Positions 1 to 10,532 of a DNA stretch of 41,881 nt are shown here, piece after piece. The notes beneath the pieces are model-generated. The model ran no database searches. It was not told the origin of the DNA and saw only the letters and a list, made by a program, of their open reading frames with translations. Origin of the DNA: Octopus sinensis. Lineage: Eukaryota. The position numbers and the translations under genes were made by a program. The stretch spans positions 1-41,881 of the forward strand of contig NW_021835174.1 in the NCBI RefSeq assembly GCF_006345805.1, read 5' to 3'. Numbering within the stretch: the stretch's first letter is position 1; each line of letters begins with the position of its first letter.

Positions 1-39
1 TTTTTAGTAATCCCCAAATTCCAAAAGCTATAAGGTGTC

Positions 40-285
40 ATTTATCTTTTATCTTTTATTATCTTTCAGCTATTGGACTCTGGCCATGCTGGGGCACCGC
101 GATGACTGTTTTCTTTTTTTGTCGAACAAATTGATTGCAGTACTTATATTTTCTTTTAGTTTGATTTTAACTCGAGAGGTCTCTCTTATCGAACGTTAAG
201 TAAGGGGATGTAAACAAACCGACATCGGTTGTCGAGCGATGGGCGGGATTATAAGCAAAGACACAGTGACACACACACAGACATG
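40..285 (-). mobile_element. SINE fragment of octopus type, with LINE-like 3' tail at 61-100
   Basis: tattggactctggccatgctggggcaccgc ... gtcgaacaaattga ... gtaaacaaaccgacatcggttgtcgagcg resembles an abundant cephalopod SINE as I recall it. The tail is similar to the LINE 3' end at 23615-23655. Confidence 0.65.
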
Positions 286-1369
286 TATGGATTTTATATA
301 GTATACAAAGTGTATATTCAAGACATTAAAAATAAGAACGGAGAATTTTACATCCTCAAAAGCTTGTTTATTACAGTATTATACACAAATTATTCACTTT
401 ATAATTACGTCCAACACCTATTTCTATGGCATAGATATCCTAGGATGTGGCATTGTGTTGCATCCTGTTTGTTCAATTGCATCATAACTTCAGTCACGCT
501 TATACGTATCAGTGCATGTTCATTCTAAGTGTTAGCACTAAGGGCATTTGAAGCTAATCGAAGATTTCGGTGTTTGATATTTTTATTTTAGGTATAATTT
601 AGGTGGGGGTATGTGTGTGTTTAGTGTAGAAGATAGTGGAAATTGTTGTGGAATACGGTGTGTCAATAAGGTCTGTTGTCTTTTAAGCCTAGAATGACCC
701 AAAGGTTTTAAATATCATAGCAATAGACTTAGTATTCAGAGAAGTGTTAACTAGGTAAAGAAATGTTTTTCCCATAGACTACATATGGTACAGATAGAAA
801 GAATTTTCAGGAGAAATGGATAAAGAGTAATTTAGAGAGTTAGAGCTGTAGGAAATATAAGGAATTGAACAAAAGAGGGTTGGAATAAACATTTAGATTG
901 ATAAAATCTAACTATGGTAAGTCTACAATTATAATCGAAGCAATTTTTTCCTATATTGTTATGCGAGTGATGTCATATTAAAAGTTTTTGTATTGGAAAT
1001 ATTTAAAGACAAAAGAAAAAAAAGGATTAGTAGAAGGGGAAGCCCTCACAAGACGAAGATCTGCTTCGCCCACAGACCATAAAGATAGAAAGAATTTTAT
1101 GGGTAAATACGAGGAATTAAGAGTGATGAGAATTGAAGATGAAAAGTAACAAAATAAAGGTAAGAAAATCAAAAATGTGTGAGGTTTGCCGTCAGATTAT
1201 TAAAAGTTAACCATAATAAAACTACGAATTTTGTCCAGGTAAATTATTAGTGTACTTCACGTAAGTAATATCTTACTGAAATTTCTTATTTGTCTTACAC
1301 TTCCTTACACTTCCCTGTAAGAATGGAAGCATTTCGGGACCACATCAGGTCTATTATTCAATAACTTGT

Positions 1370-1800
1370 ATCTAGAATTGAAAATATTGAAAATTTCCTC
1401 TAAGAGTAAAATACATTGAGAGCTCCCAATTTTTTAAGGTAAATACCCTACCAATTATTTCCCATTTAATATCAGATTTTGTGTTCTTAATTTTTTAAAG
1501 ACCAGATAAGGTCACTCAGGCGTGTACTATAGAGCCTATCTTAATTCTTGAAAGAAAATAAGTGGTTACTAAGTCTGTTCTTAAAGCTAGTAGAACATGA
1601 CCCAATGTAATAATGAAAAATTCCATCTGATGTAACAATACACCTGCAAATTGTGTTTTGGCTCAAACATTGTCCATCAAGTGGACACCTTTTGTTCTGA
1701 TAGCTACAAAGATATTTGATGAGATTAACCCCATGCCTGCTACTAGCAGGAGAATTAGGCATCTCGTCTATAATGTTACTTATTACCCCACAACTATGTA
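1370..1800 (-). pseudogene. Penelope-like element GIY-YIG endonuclease relic
   Basis: ORF 1541-1762 reads RCPLDGQCL...YYIGSCSTSFKNRLSNHLFSFKN. It continues past a stop as STRLSDLIWSLK...IKWEII, the typical PLE C-terminal pattern. Confidence 0.85.
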
Positions 1801-2480
1801 ATAGGTTGGTTCTACACTAGACTCTGTGTATACTCAATTCTATTTTCACTACAGTTAATTTTAATGAATTTGGTATGGTACCAGATTATCTCCCTTGCTC
1901 TATCTATCGCAGGCTCATTATCGCTTTCGCTCGCATTATTAACCTGTCAGGCGTTTATAATCCGCTACATGTGAATCGTTGCTATTATCACCTGTCGTAC
2001 AATTACTCATAATATTAGATTTTTATTATCTGCTTTTACTATGTTCTAATCTTTGAATTCTCTGGTCCTTGTAATACTGTAATACGATTTGAGCAAGGTT
2101 ATTGCAAGTGGAATATGCAAACTCATTTGTGTGATAATAAAAAAATTGGCTATACTTAAATGGTGAAAAGTGCTTATCTAATGCGACGAAAACTTTATAT
2201 TTCTTACTAGCTACTTTGTGAAGCCTGCATTATGCCATAGCAAAAGTCGCGATTTATTTTTTCTTTCGTGTGGGTAATTATTATTTTTGGTAGCTGTCTT
2301 ATTTTTCTGTGAATTATGTTTTGCTAAGAGGTTTACCAGGACATTTGCCACTGTGTTTGCTTATACTTGCATCTTTACTTCTTATGCCACTATTCTTATA
2401 ATATTAATTCTTGGAATGGTGAGATGAAGTCACAATAACCTTGTCATGATTCTTCATTTCACATTTAATATATTATTATA

Positions 2481-2855
2481 GGTGGTGAACTGACAGAAAC
2501 GTTAGCGGTATTTCGTCTGTCGTTACGTTGTGAGTTCAAATTCCGCCGAGGTCAACTTTGCCTTTCATCCTTCGGGGTCGATAAATTAAGTACCAGTTAC
2601 GCTCTGGGGTCGATATAATCGACTTAATACCTATGTCTGTCCTTGTTTGTCCCCTCTATGTTTAGCCCCTTGTGGGTAATAAAGAAATAGGTATTTCGTC
2701 TGTCTTTACGTTCTGAATTCAAATTCCGCCGAGGTCGACTTTGCTTTCATCCTTTCGGGGTCGATAAATTAAGTACCAGTTGCGTACTGAGGTCGATCTA
2801 ATCGACTGACACCCTCCCCCCAAATTTCAGGCCTTGTGCCTGAGTAGAAAGGAAT
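2481..2855 (+). mobile_element. Tandem (dimeric) tRNA-derived SINE with Meta-like core
   Basis: A-box-like head ggtgaactgacagaaacgttagc and B box gagttcaaattcc. The core gaggtcgactttgcctttcatcc...gggtcgataaattaagtaccag occurs twice (about 2548 and 2731). Confidence 0.8.
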
Positions 2856-3384
2856 GTTTATATTATCAATAACTATTTGATTCGAAGCATAGAGTGTATT
2901 CACATGCGCCTTTATCCCATTTTTAGTGATATATATTAACTTACCTTTGTGCCCAGAGTCGGCAAGGGCATTTTTCTAGCATTTTTCCTTATGTCTAAAA
3001 ATTTCTTCTTTTGCTAACACTCTAAAAATAAACTTTGCTAAATAAAGACGTGAAATCGAACTAGTGTGTGTGTTTATTATTGGCAGACTGACCCTTCCAA
3101 GATAAAACAATATTTGTTCCAGCACACGAGTTCACTTCAAGAATTACACATAAAAATTAAAAAAAAAAAAAGAAATTGATTCCATTTGTAGAAAATAAAA
3201 TAAATATGGGATGGGTTCTATTACAAATATCTTCAGAAATACCTGACTGCCACGAAAGAATTTGTGTGGTGTTGATGGACCATCACTGATCGACGATGAG
3301 GATTCAGATGATTGATAATCTAAATTATCTGAAACTGATTTTGAATTACAAATATTTTTTGTTGCTTCTTTTCCACCAATGGAC

Positions 3385-4140
3385 CACGCCTGTGTTACTT
3401 CGCCATCATCATTCCATAAAATGTGTTGACTGGGACGAAAATATTGATAAAAACATCAATACATGTGAGAGTGTATACGAGGACGGTGGTCGTCGGATGT
3501 GCTAGAAACAACAGCCAAATTTTCTTTGAATCGTACTCCTTTTTGTCTGAAATATTTACATTTTTTTTTCTTTTTACCGAAACAGCCCCACCTACGGTTT
3601 TTAAGTGCCACAAAATTGGCCAAAATCGGTCCGACGTAGGATGGTGAGGAGGGAAAAGAAAGATCAAAAATTTTCAGAACATTTTTTCATAAAAAGATGA
3701 CCCCCGCCCACATCATTTTGAGGCTGCGGTGGAAAAAAATTGGAAAAGCTCCATGAAAACGGGAAAATTCCTACATATGTAGTCTTCTTCATTCGAATCC
3801 CCGTTTTTCTGACAATCCCCTCTCCAAACCCTAAGAAAAAACTTTCCCCACAAATTTCTTTATAATCATAATCTATGCAGTTTGAAAGGTATTTGTAAAA
3901 TGTTTCATTAAAAATACCCATTTTCTTGAAAGTTATGAGGGAAAAACGTCGGGTCGTGTGAATTTTCCGAAACTCGCCTCGTCACCCACTCGGAAAAGTT
4001 CTCTGCCACAAAACTCTATATACTCTGAATCTACAGCACCTTCGCGCGCGATTTGTTGAAAATTTCGTTCAAAGAATCCATTTTTCTGGAATTTATGAGG
4101 CAACAAAATCTGTGGGGCACATATCTGTAGTTATGCCTCT
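3385..4140 (+). repeat. Non-autonomous interspersed repeat, family H, copy A (no termini)
   Basis: Shares ttttaagtgccacaaaattggccaaaat, gctagaaacaacagccaaat and tttccccacaaat with 9101-10080. It is the reverse complement of 5365-6010. Confidence 0.8.
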
Positions 4141-4160
4141 CTCACCTCACTTTCTCTAAC

Positions 4161-4225
<65 letters not shown>

Positions 4226-4589
4226 TGGTATCATTGAGACCAAAGGTGTCAGGAAATGCTGAATAAGTGCTATAGACATACCACAGTTAAGTTCCAGATT
4301 CGGTAATATTGCGAATAAAGGGTTCAACGTTGGTTCTATGTCAGCGTGTGTATATATATAAGAATTTTTTGCGTAATAAGATAAAAAACCAAGGCAGTAT
4401 ATTAGAGCATTGATAGATAGAAGGTCTTACAGCTGTTTCTAGGATATCAATTGATAGTATCCCTTTAAGGAGACGGTGTGAGAGTAAAAGATAAGTCATA
4501 GTTAGTTTCGATGTGATACAAAATAGAGAGCGAGGTGGAGGAAAGAAGATAGATGTACGATATGTAGGGGTTCAATACCCATACATCGT

Positions 4590-5085
4590 ACATCTGCTTT
4601 CATGGGGATTTTCCCCTTGTTTTTTTCCTTGGGTTTTTCCCATTGTTTTTTTTTTTCACTACAGCCTCAAAATGACGTGGGATAGGGATGTTTTTATGAA
4701 AAAATGTTTTGGTAATTTTTTTTATCTATCTCTTTACACCTCACCATCCCACGTCGGACCGATTTTTGCCAATGTTTTGGCACTTAAAACTTTAACCGTA
4801 TCGGTTAAAAAATATTAAAAAATGTAAATATTTCAGAGGCAAAGGTGTGCGATACATGGAAGATTTGCTGTTGTTTCCAGCACATCCGAGGATCACCCTC
4901 CTCATAATCACTCTCATATATATTGATGTTTTTTTACAATATTTTCTTCTTCCTCTACTTATTATTATTATATTAATTTCCGAATTTGTAAAAAGAAAAA
5001 AAATGTAAATATTTTCTGAGGAAAAAGTGTCTGATTTATGGGAGATTTGGTTGTTGTTGCGAGCACATCCTAAGACACACACGCA
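4590..5085 (-). repeat. Family H partial copy B
   Basis: Contains ttggcacttaaaac, ttgctgttgtttccagcacatcc and gtaaatatttc in reverse orientation. Confidence 0.7.
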
Positions 5086-5120
5086 CAGACACACACACAC
5101 ACAGACACACACACAGAGAT

Positions 5121-5152
<32 letters not shown>

Positions 5153-5155
<3 letters not shown>

Positions 5156-6088
5156 CTTCTAAGGGACAGGAGATTGTCCCCATTAAACTAAAATTTGATC
5201 ATTTACGAAAAATAACCGGAAGTTAATATAGTATGTATGTGTTACGTGCTGTTCTTAGTGAGTTGACTTAATGGGAAGAAACAGGAAACAACTTCTGCAA
5301 TGGTCAGCGCCGTTGCTAGAAATGGCAGCCAAATGACATCAGACGTACTCTCAAGCAATTATATATTTAGGCATAACTATAGATTTGTACCCCACGAATA
5401 TTGTTGCATCATAAATAGTAGAAAAGTGGATTCTTATAAACGAAACCTTCAACAAATCTCGCGTAGATATTGTGGATTCAGAGCACATAGGGATTTATGG
5501 TAAAGAAGTTTTCGAGTGAGCGGGGAGAGGAGTTTCGGAAAATTCACACGACCCGACTCTTTTCCCTCATAACTTTCAAGAAAATGAGTATGTTTTTATG
5601 AAAGTTTATACAAAATAGCTTTCAAACTGGATAGATTGCGATTATAAAGAGATTTGTGGGGAAAAGTGGGTGGGAGGGCATCTTTTTATGAAAAAATTGT
5701 TTTGAAATTTCTTGATCATTTTTTTCACTCCATACCATCCCACGCCGGACCAGTTTTGGCCAATTTTGTGGCACTTAAAAACTATGGGAGGAGCCGTTTC
5801 GGTAAACATTAAAAAAATAAAAATAAAAATGTAAATATTTCAAAGAAAAAGGTGTGCGATACAAGAAAGATTTGGCTGTTGTTTCTATCACATCCGTGGA
5901 CCACCCTCCTCATAATCACTCTCACATGTATCGATGTTTTTTACAATATTTTCTTCTCAGTCAACACATTTTATGGAATGATGACACCGAAGTTGCACAC
6001 GCCTGATCCATTTGTGGGATAGAAGGAAAAAAAAAAAAAAAGAAATATTTTAATTAAAATTTGTTACCTCGACCTCAGTCAAGCGAGG

Positions 6089-6124
<36 letters not shown>

Positions 6125-6169
6125 ACAAATACTTTCTACTAGAAAAGTATGCTATTAAATTTAGGGTAG
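5153..6169 (-). mobile_element. Family H full-length copy C; Helitron/Helentron-like or MITE-like non-autonomous element
   Basis: Both termini match copy E: hairpin gggacaggagattgtccc at 5163-5180 and agaaaagtatgctattaaa at about 6151-6169. It has an internal (GT)n and no ORF. Confidence 0.65.
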
Positions 6170-6453
6170 CAAAAAAATTCAATAGAAATTTATCGCTACC
6201 AGCGGCCTGGTGGAAAAGAGAAAATAGTCATCGACTAAATATATAAATATAACAATTTAGGAGTGACCCTAACAGGTCACTCGTCCACCAGAAAGAGCAG
6301 CCATAACTCACACCGCCAAGTAGTAGTATTCAGAAATTAGGTGAAAATTTAAAAACATTTACCCTAATTCATCTTTTAGACGTTGCAACGTTTCTGTGTC
6401 ATTAATGATTAAATTAGCTTAATTAAATTAAATTAAGCTAATCTACCATAGGT
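6167..6453 (-). repeat. Inverted partial copy of the 475-bp ribozyme repeat unit
   Basis: Near-exact reverse complement of the unit from cctatggtag to gctaccctaaatt. It joins the direct array through a shared ggt at 6451-6453. Confidence 0.95.
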
Positions 6454-6648
6454 AGCGATAAATTTCTATTGAATTTTTTTGCTACCCTAAATTGACTAAT
6501 TGATAATTTTCTGAATAATTCTGAGATTGAATCGGCAGTTTATATTTACTGCTGATAAGTTTGGCGCGAATACGTCTTGAAAATTTTAAGACAGATATTC
6601 CGTAGGCATCGATACAGACGCCTCGTGTATATTTGTCTCTCCCAGGTT

Positions 6649-6746
6649 TTTTACTGATGAAGTGTAACCTATGGTAGATTAGCTTAATTTAATTTAATTA
6701 AGCTAATTTAATCATTAATGACACAGAAACGTTGCAACGTCTAAAA
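6649..6746 (+). ncRNA. Type I hammerhead ribozyme, array unit 1
   Basis: tttta-CTGATGA-a-gtgt...acac-a-GAAA-cgttgcaacg-TC-taaaa. Stem I is tttta/taaaa, stem III is the 12-nt palindrome acgttgcaacgt, and the triplet is GUC. Confidence 0.85.
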
Positions 6747-7117
6747 GATGAATTAGGGTAAATGTTTTTAAATTTTCACCTAATTTCTGAATTACTACTA
6801 CTGGCGGTGTGAGTTATGGCTGCTCTTTCTGGTGGACGAGTGACCTGTTAGGGTCACTCCTAAATTGTTATATTTATATATTTAGTCGATGACTATTTTT
6901 CTTTTCCACCAGGCGCTGGTAGCGATAAATTTCTATTGAATTTTTTTGCTACCCTAAATTGACTAATTGATAATTTTCTGAATAATTCTGAGATTGAATC
7001 GGCAGTTTATATTTACTGCTGATAAGTTTGGCGCGAATACGTCAGTCTTGAAAATTTTAAGACAGATATTCCGTAGGCATCGATACAGACGCCTCGTGTA
7101 TTTGTCTCTCCCAGGTT

Positions 7118-7215
7118 TTTTACTGATGAAGTGTAACCTATGGTAGATTAGCTTAATTTAATTTAATTAAGCTAATTTAATCATTAATGACACAGAAACG
7201 TTGCAACGTCTAAAA
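7118..7215 (+). ncRNA. Type I hammerhead ribozyme, array unit 2
   Basis: Same as unit 1; CTGATGA at 7123-7129, GTC at 7208-7210. Confidence 0.85.
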
Positions 7216-7595
7216 GATGAATTAGGGTAAATGTTTTTAAATTTTCACCTAATTTCTGAATTACTACTACTTGGCGGTGTGAGTTATGGCTGCTCTTTCT
7301 GGTGGAACGAGTGACCTGTTAGGGTCACTCCTAAATTGTTATATTTATATATTTAGTCGATGACTATTTTCTCTTTTCCACCAGGCCGCTGGTAGCGATA
7401 AATTTCTATTGAATTTTTTTGCTACCCTAAATTGACTAATTGATAATTTTCTGAATAATTCTGAGATTGAATCGGCAGTTTATATTTACTGCTGATAAGT
7501 TTGGCGCGAATACGTCAGTCAGTCTTGAAAATTTTAAGACAGATATTCCGTAGGCATCGATACAGACGCCTCGTGTATATTTGTCTCTCCAGGTT

Positions 7596-7693
7596 TTTTA
7601 CTGATGAAGTGTAACCTATGGTAGATTAGCTTAATTTAATTTAATTAAGCTAATTTAATCATTAATGACACAGAAACGTTGCAACATCTAAAA
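7596..7693 (+). ncRNA. Type I hammerhead, array unit 3 (GUC changed to AUC)
   Basis: CTGATGA at 7601-7607. Stem III reads acgttgcaacat, so the palindrome is broken at 7686. Confidence 0.75.
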
Positions 7694-8070
7694 GATGAAT
7701 TAGGGTAAATGTTTTTAAATTTTCACCTAATTTCTGAATTACTACTACTTGGCGGTTGTGAGTTATGGCTGTTCTTTCTGGTGGACGAGTGACCTGTTAG
7801 GGTCACTCCTAAATTGTTATATTTATATATTTAGTCGATGACTATTTTCTCTTTTCCACCAGGCCGCTGGTAGCGATAAATTTCTATTGATTTTTTTTGC
7901 TACCCTAAATTGACTAATTGATAATTTTCTGAATAATTCTGAGATTGAATCGGCAGTTTATATTTACTGCTGATAAGTTTGGCGCGAATACGTCAGTCTT
8001 GAAAATTTTAAGACAGATATTCCGTAGGCATCGATACAGACGCCTCGTGTATATTTGTCTCTCCCAGGTT

Positions 8071-8168
8071 TTTTACTGATGAAGTGTAACCTATGGTAGA
8101 TTAGCTTAATTTAATTTAATTAAGCTAATTTAATCATTAATGACACAGAAACGTTGCAACGTCTAAAA
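8071..8168 (+). ncRNA. Type I hammerhead ribozyme, array unit 4
   Basis: CTGATGA at 8076-8082, GTC at 8161-8163. Confidence 0.85.
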
Positions 8169-8509
8169 GATGAATTAGGGTAAATGTTTTTAAATTTTCA
8201 CCTAATTTCTGAATTACTACTACTTGGCGGTGTGAGTTATGGCTGCTCTTTCTGGTGGACGAGTGACCTGTTTGGGTCACTCCTAAATTGTTATATTTAT
8301 ATATATATATTCATGTATGTATATTGATACACACACACACACACACACACAGGCTCACACACAATATATAATGATATGTAAAGGTAACATCCAAGGACCA
8401 AGGCGGAGGAAGTTAGTAAGCTAAGACTAGTCCGTAGAAGATTGTAAATTTTTCCTATATCGAAGTATGATAAACTGAGATAGTTATTCTATAGTTGACG
8501 GTTAGCAGC

Positions 8510-8635
8510 AGGGGTTGCTGTGGATGCGAATAAAAAATCCCAAATCAGGGAGAAAAGAGTATTTCAAATTTTTGAATAAAATCTCATTATTATCTTGAAC
8601 CTGGGAAACGCCGGGTAAATCTGTTAGCGTATATG
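8510..8635 (-). repeat. Helitron-like non-autonomous element end fragment
   Basis: Minus strand gctaacagatttacccggcgtttcccagg resembles the start of 21008-21530 (actagcagcatagcccggcattgtccggg). Confidence 0.4.
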
Positions 8636-8699
8636 TGTGTGTGTGTATGTATGCATATACACACACATACACTTGAAAAAGTACCCGCTCATCTTCTCT

Positions 8700-8990
8700 T
8701 CCCCCTCCAGACACGTTTTGGCCAATTTCTTCTTCTTTTTTCTGCACTTAAAATCTATGGGAGGAATCTTTGGGGCAAAATAAAAAAATTATAGATATTT
8801 TCAGAGCAAAATGTATCCGATCTACGGCAGATTTGGCTGTTGTTTCTAGCACATCCCAAGACAACCTTCTCCGTTTCTTTCTCAATCTCGCATGCATTGA
8901 TATCTGTCAAAATCTTTTTCTCACCATAAATATATTTATGTTAAAAAAAAAATTGAGAATTTATATTTTTCAACCCCACTTCCCGAACCC
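8700..8990 (-). repeat. Family H partial copy D
   Basis: ttttggccaattt...gcacttaaaatctatgggagga...gatttggctgttgtttctagcacatcc. Confidence 0.65.
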
Positions 8991-9100
8991 TATTGTATCT
9001 GCTTATAATTTAAAATATTGAAGAACCTCAGAAGGTCATCGATGCCATTTATCCACACTGATTTCTTTTAAAATACGAGGTATGTAAAAAGATAATTTCT

Positions 9101-10080
9101 TTTTAAAAGCATACTTTTCTAGAAGAAAATATTTGTTCCTACAAACACACACGCCTCGCTTGATTGAGGTTGGGGTAGAAATTTTAATTATTATTATTAT
9201 TATTATTGTTTTTTGTCCCATCAATCCCACCAAAGGATTAGGCGTGCGTTACTTTGGCATCATCATTCCATAAAATGTGTTGCGTGAGAGGAAAATATTC
9301 TTTTCTACTCTAGGAATAAGGCCCGAAACTTTGTGGGAGGGGTGAGTATTTTAGATCGACGCCAGTATGCAACCGGTACTTAATTTATCGACGCGAAAGA
9401 ATAAAAGGCAGAGTCGACCTTAGAGGAATTTGAATTCAGAACGTAAAGACAAACGATATACACGGTAAGCATTTCGCCCGGAGTGCTAACGATTCTGCCA
9501 ACTCGCCGCCTTGGGGGAAGAAAACATCAATACATCAAAAACATGTGAGTGAATACATGTGAGAGTGAATACGAGGAGTGTGGCTTTCGGATTTGCTAGA
9601 AACAACAGCCAAATCTTTCTTGTATCGCACACCTTTTACTTTGAAATATTTACTTTTTCATTCTTATTATTTTTTTTTATCGAAGCGGCTCCTCCCATAG
9701 TTTTTAAGTGCCACAAAATTGGCCAAAATTGGTCCGGCGTGGGATTTTGAGGAGACTAAAACGGATCAAAAAATTTCAAAACATTTTTTTCATAAAATAG
9801 ATGCCCTCCCACCCACGCTCACATCATTTTGAGGCTGTGGTGAAGAAAAAAAATAAAACAATGGAAAAAAAAATCACCATGAAAACAAAAAAATTCCAAC
9901 TTATGTAGTCTTCTTCATTCGAATCTCCATTTTTCCGACACTCCTCTCTCCAAACCCTCGGAAAAACTTTTCCCCACAAATCTCTTTATAATCGCAATCT
10001 ATCCAGTTTGAAAGCTATTTTGTATAAACTTTAGTATAAATTTTAGTTGAATGGGGACAATCTCCTGTCCCTTAAAAGTA
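9101..10080 (+). mobile_element. Family H copy E with both termini, internally deleted, carrying a nested SINE
   Basis: Starts ttttaaaagcatacttttct and ends gggacaatctcctgtccc-ttaaaagtat. There is an 8-bp subterminal inverted repeat atactttt/aaaagtat. Confidence 0.7.
9320..9512 (-). mobile_element. tRNA-derived SINE (same family as 2481-2855) inserted in family H copy E
   Basis: Reverse complement of ggcggcgagttggcagaatcgttagc...gttctgaattcaaattcc...gtcgactctgccttt...gtcgataaattaagtaccgg. Confidence 0.8.
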
Positions 10081-10469
10081 TATATATATACATGTGTGTG
10101 TGTGTGTGTATGTGTGTGTCTTAGTTATTAATCAATTTCACCAATTCCTTTTACATACTGAATACTTGGTCCTTTTACCATGGTCCTTTTACATACTGAA
10201 TACTTGGTGAAATTGATTAATAACTAATTAATTTTACCCTAAATTGTTGAAATTATAATTCATTTCTCTCTGTTTATTGCCTCGGTTTTCACCGCTAAAA
10301 TATGGTGTTTGCTAGTTTGGCCCACGTGGGTGGAAGGGGAGAGCAGGAATTCTTCGCTTGCATATTTTGAATTTGTTGGCACTGTCAGTTTGAACGGGTC
10401 GTCTGAGGTGTTAAGTCGCCAAAAGGGTATGTTCCTACTTTCAGTGTTTCCAAATCCAAATTAAGAAAT

Positions 10470-10532
10470 TTTGGGCTGACGAAAGAAATGTCGAATTTTA
10501 TTTGGCTGATCTAGAAACGTAACGTTCTCAAA
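10470..10532 (+). ncRNA. Type I hammerhead ribozyme candidate (GUU triplet)
   Basis: tttggg-CTGACGA-a-aga...tct-a-GAAA-cgtaacg-TT-ctcaaa. Stem I is tttggg/ctcaaa and stem III is the quasi-palindrome acgt-a-acgt. Confidence 0.65.

Larger units (their letters stand above)
6451..8300 (+). repeat. Tandem array, about 3.9 copies of a ~475-bp non-coding unit, one hammerhead per unit (retrozyme-like)
   Basis: Units are nearly identical. Predicted cleavage-site spacings are 469, 478 and 475 nt. Confidence 0.95.

Noticed and set aside
408-498. Very eroded minus-strand hammerhead downstream of the 1370-1800 PLE relic (ctgaagt-tatg...cata-gaaa-taggtgt)
   Set aside because: About five substitutions are needed to restore the core, stem I and stem III. 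The position is suggestive but the match is not supportable.
2085-2450. Short inverted match gcaaggttattg / caataaccttgt suggesting a MITE
   Set aside because: Too short, no target-site duplication, and no second copy in the window.
6451-8300. CRISPR-like or protein-coding interpretation of the tandem array
   Set aside because: The units are entirely repeated with no unique spacers, there are no cas genes, there is no ORF, and the context is eukaryotic.
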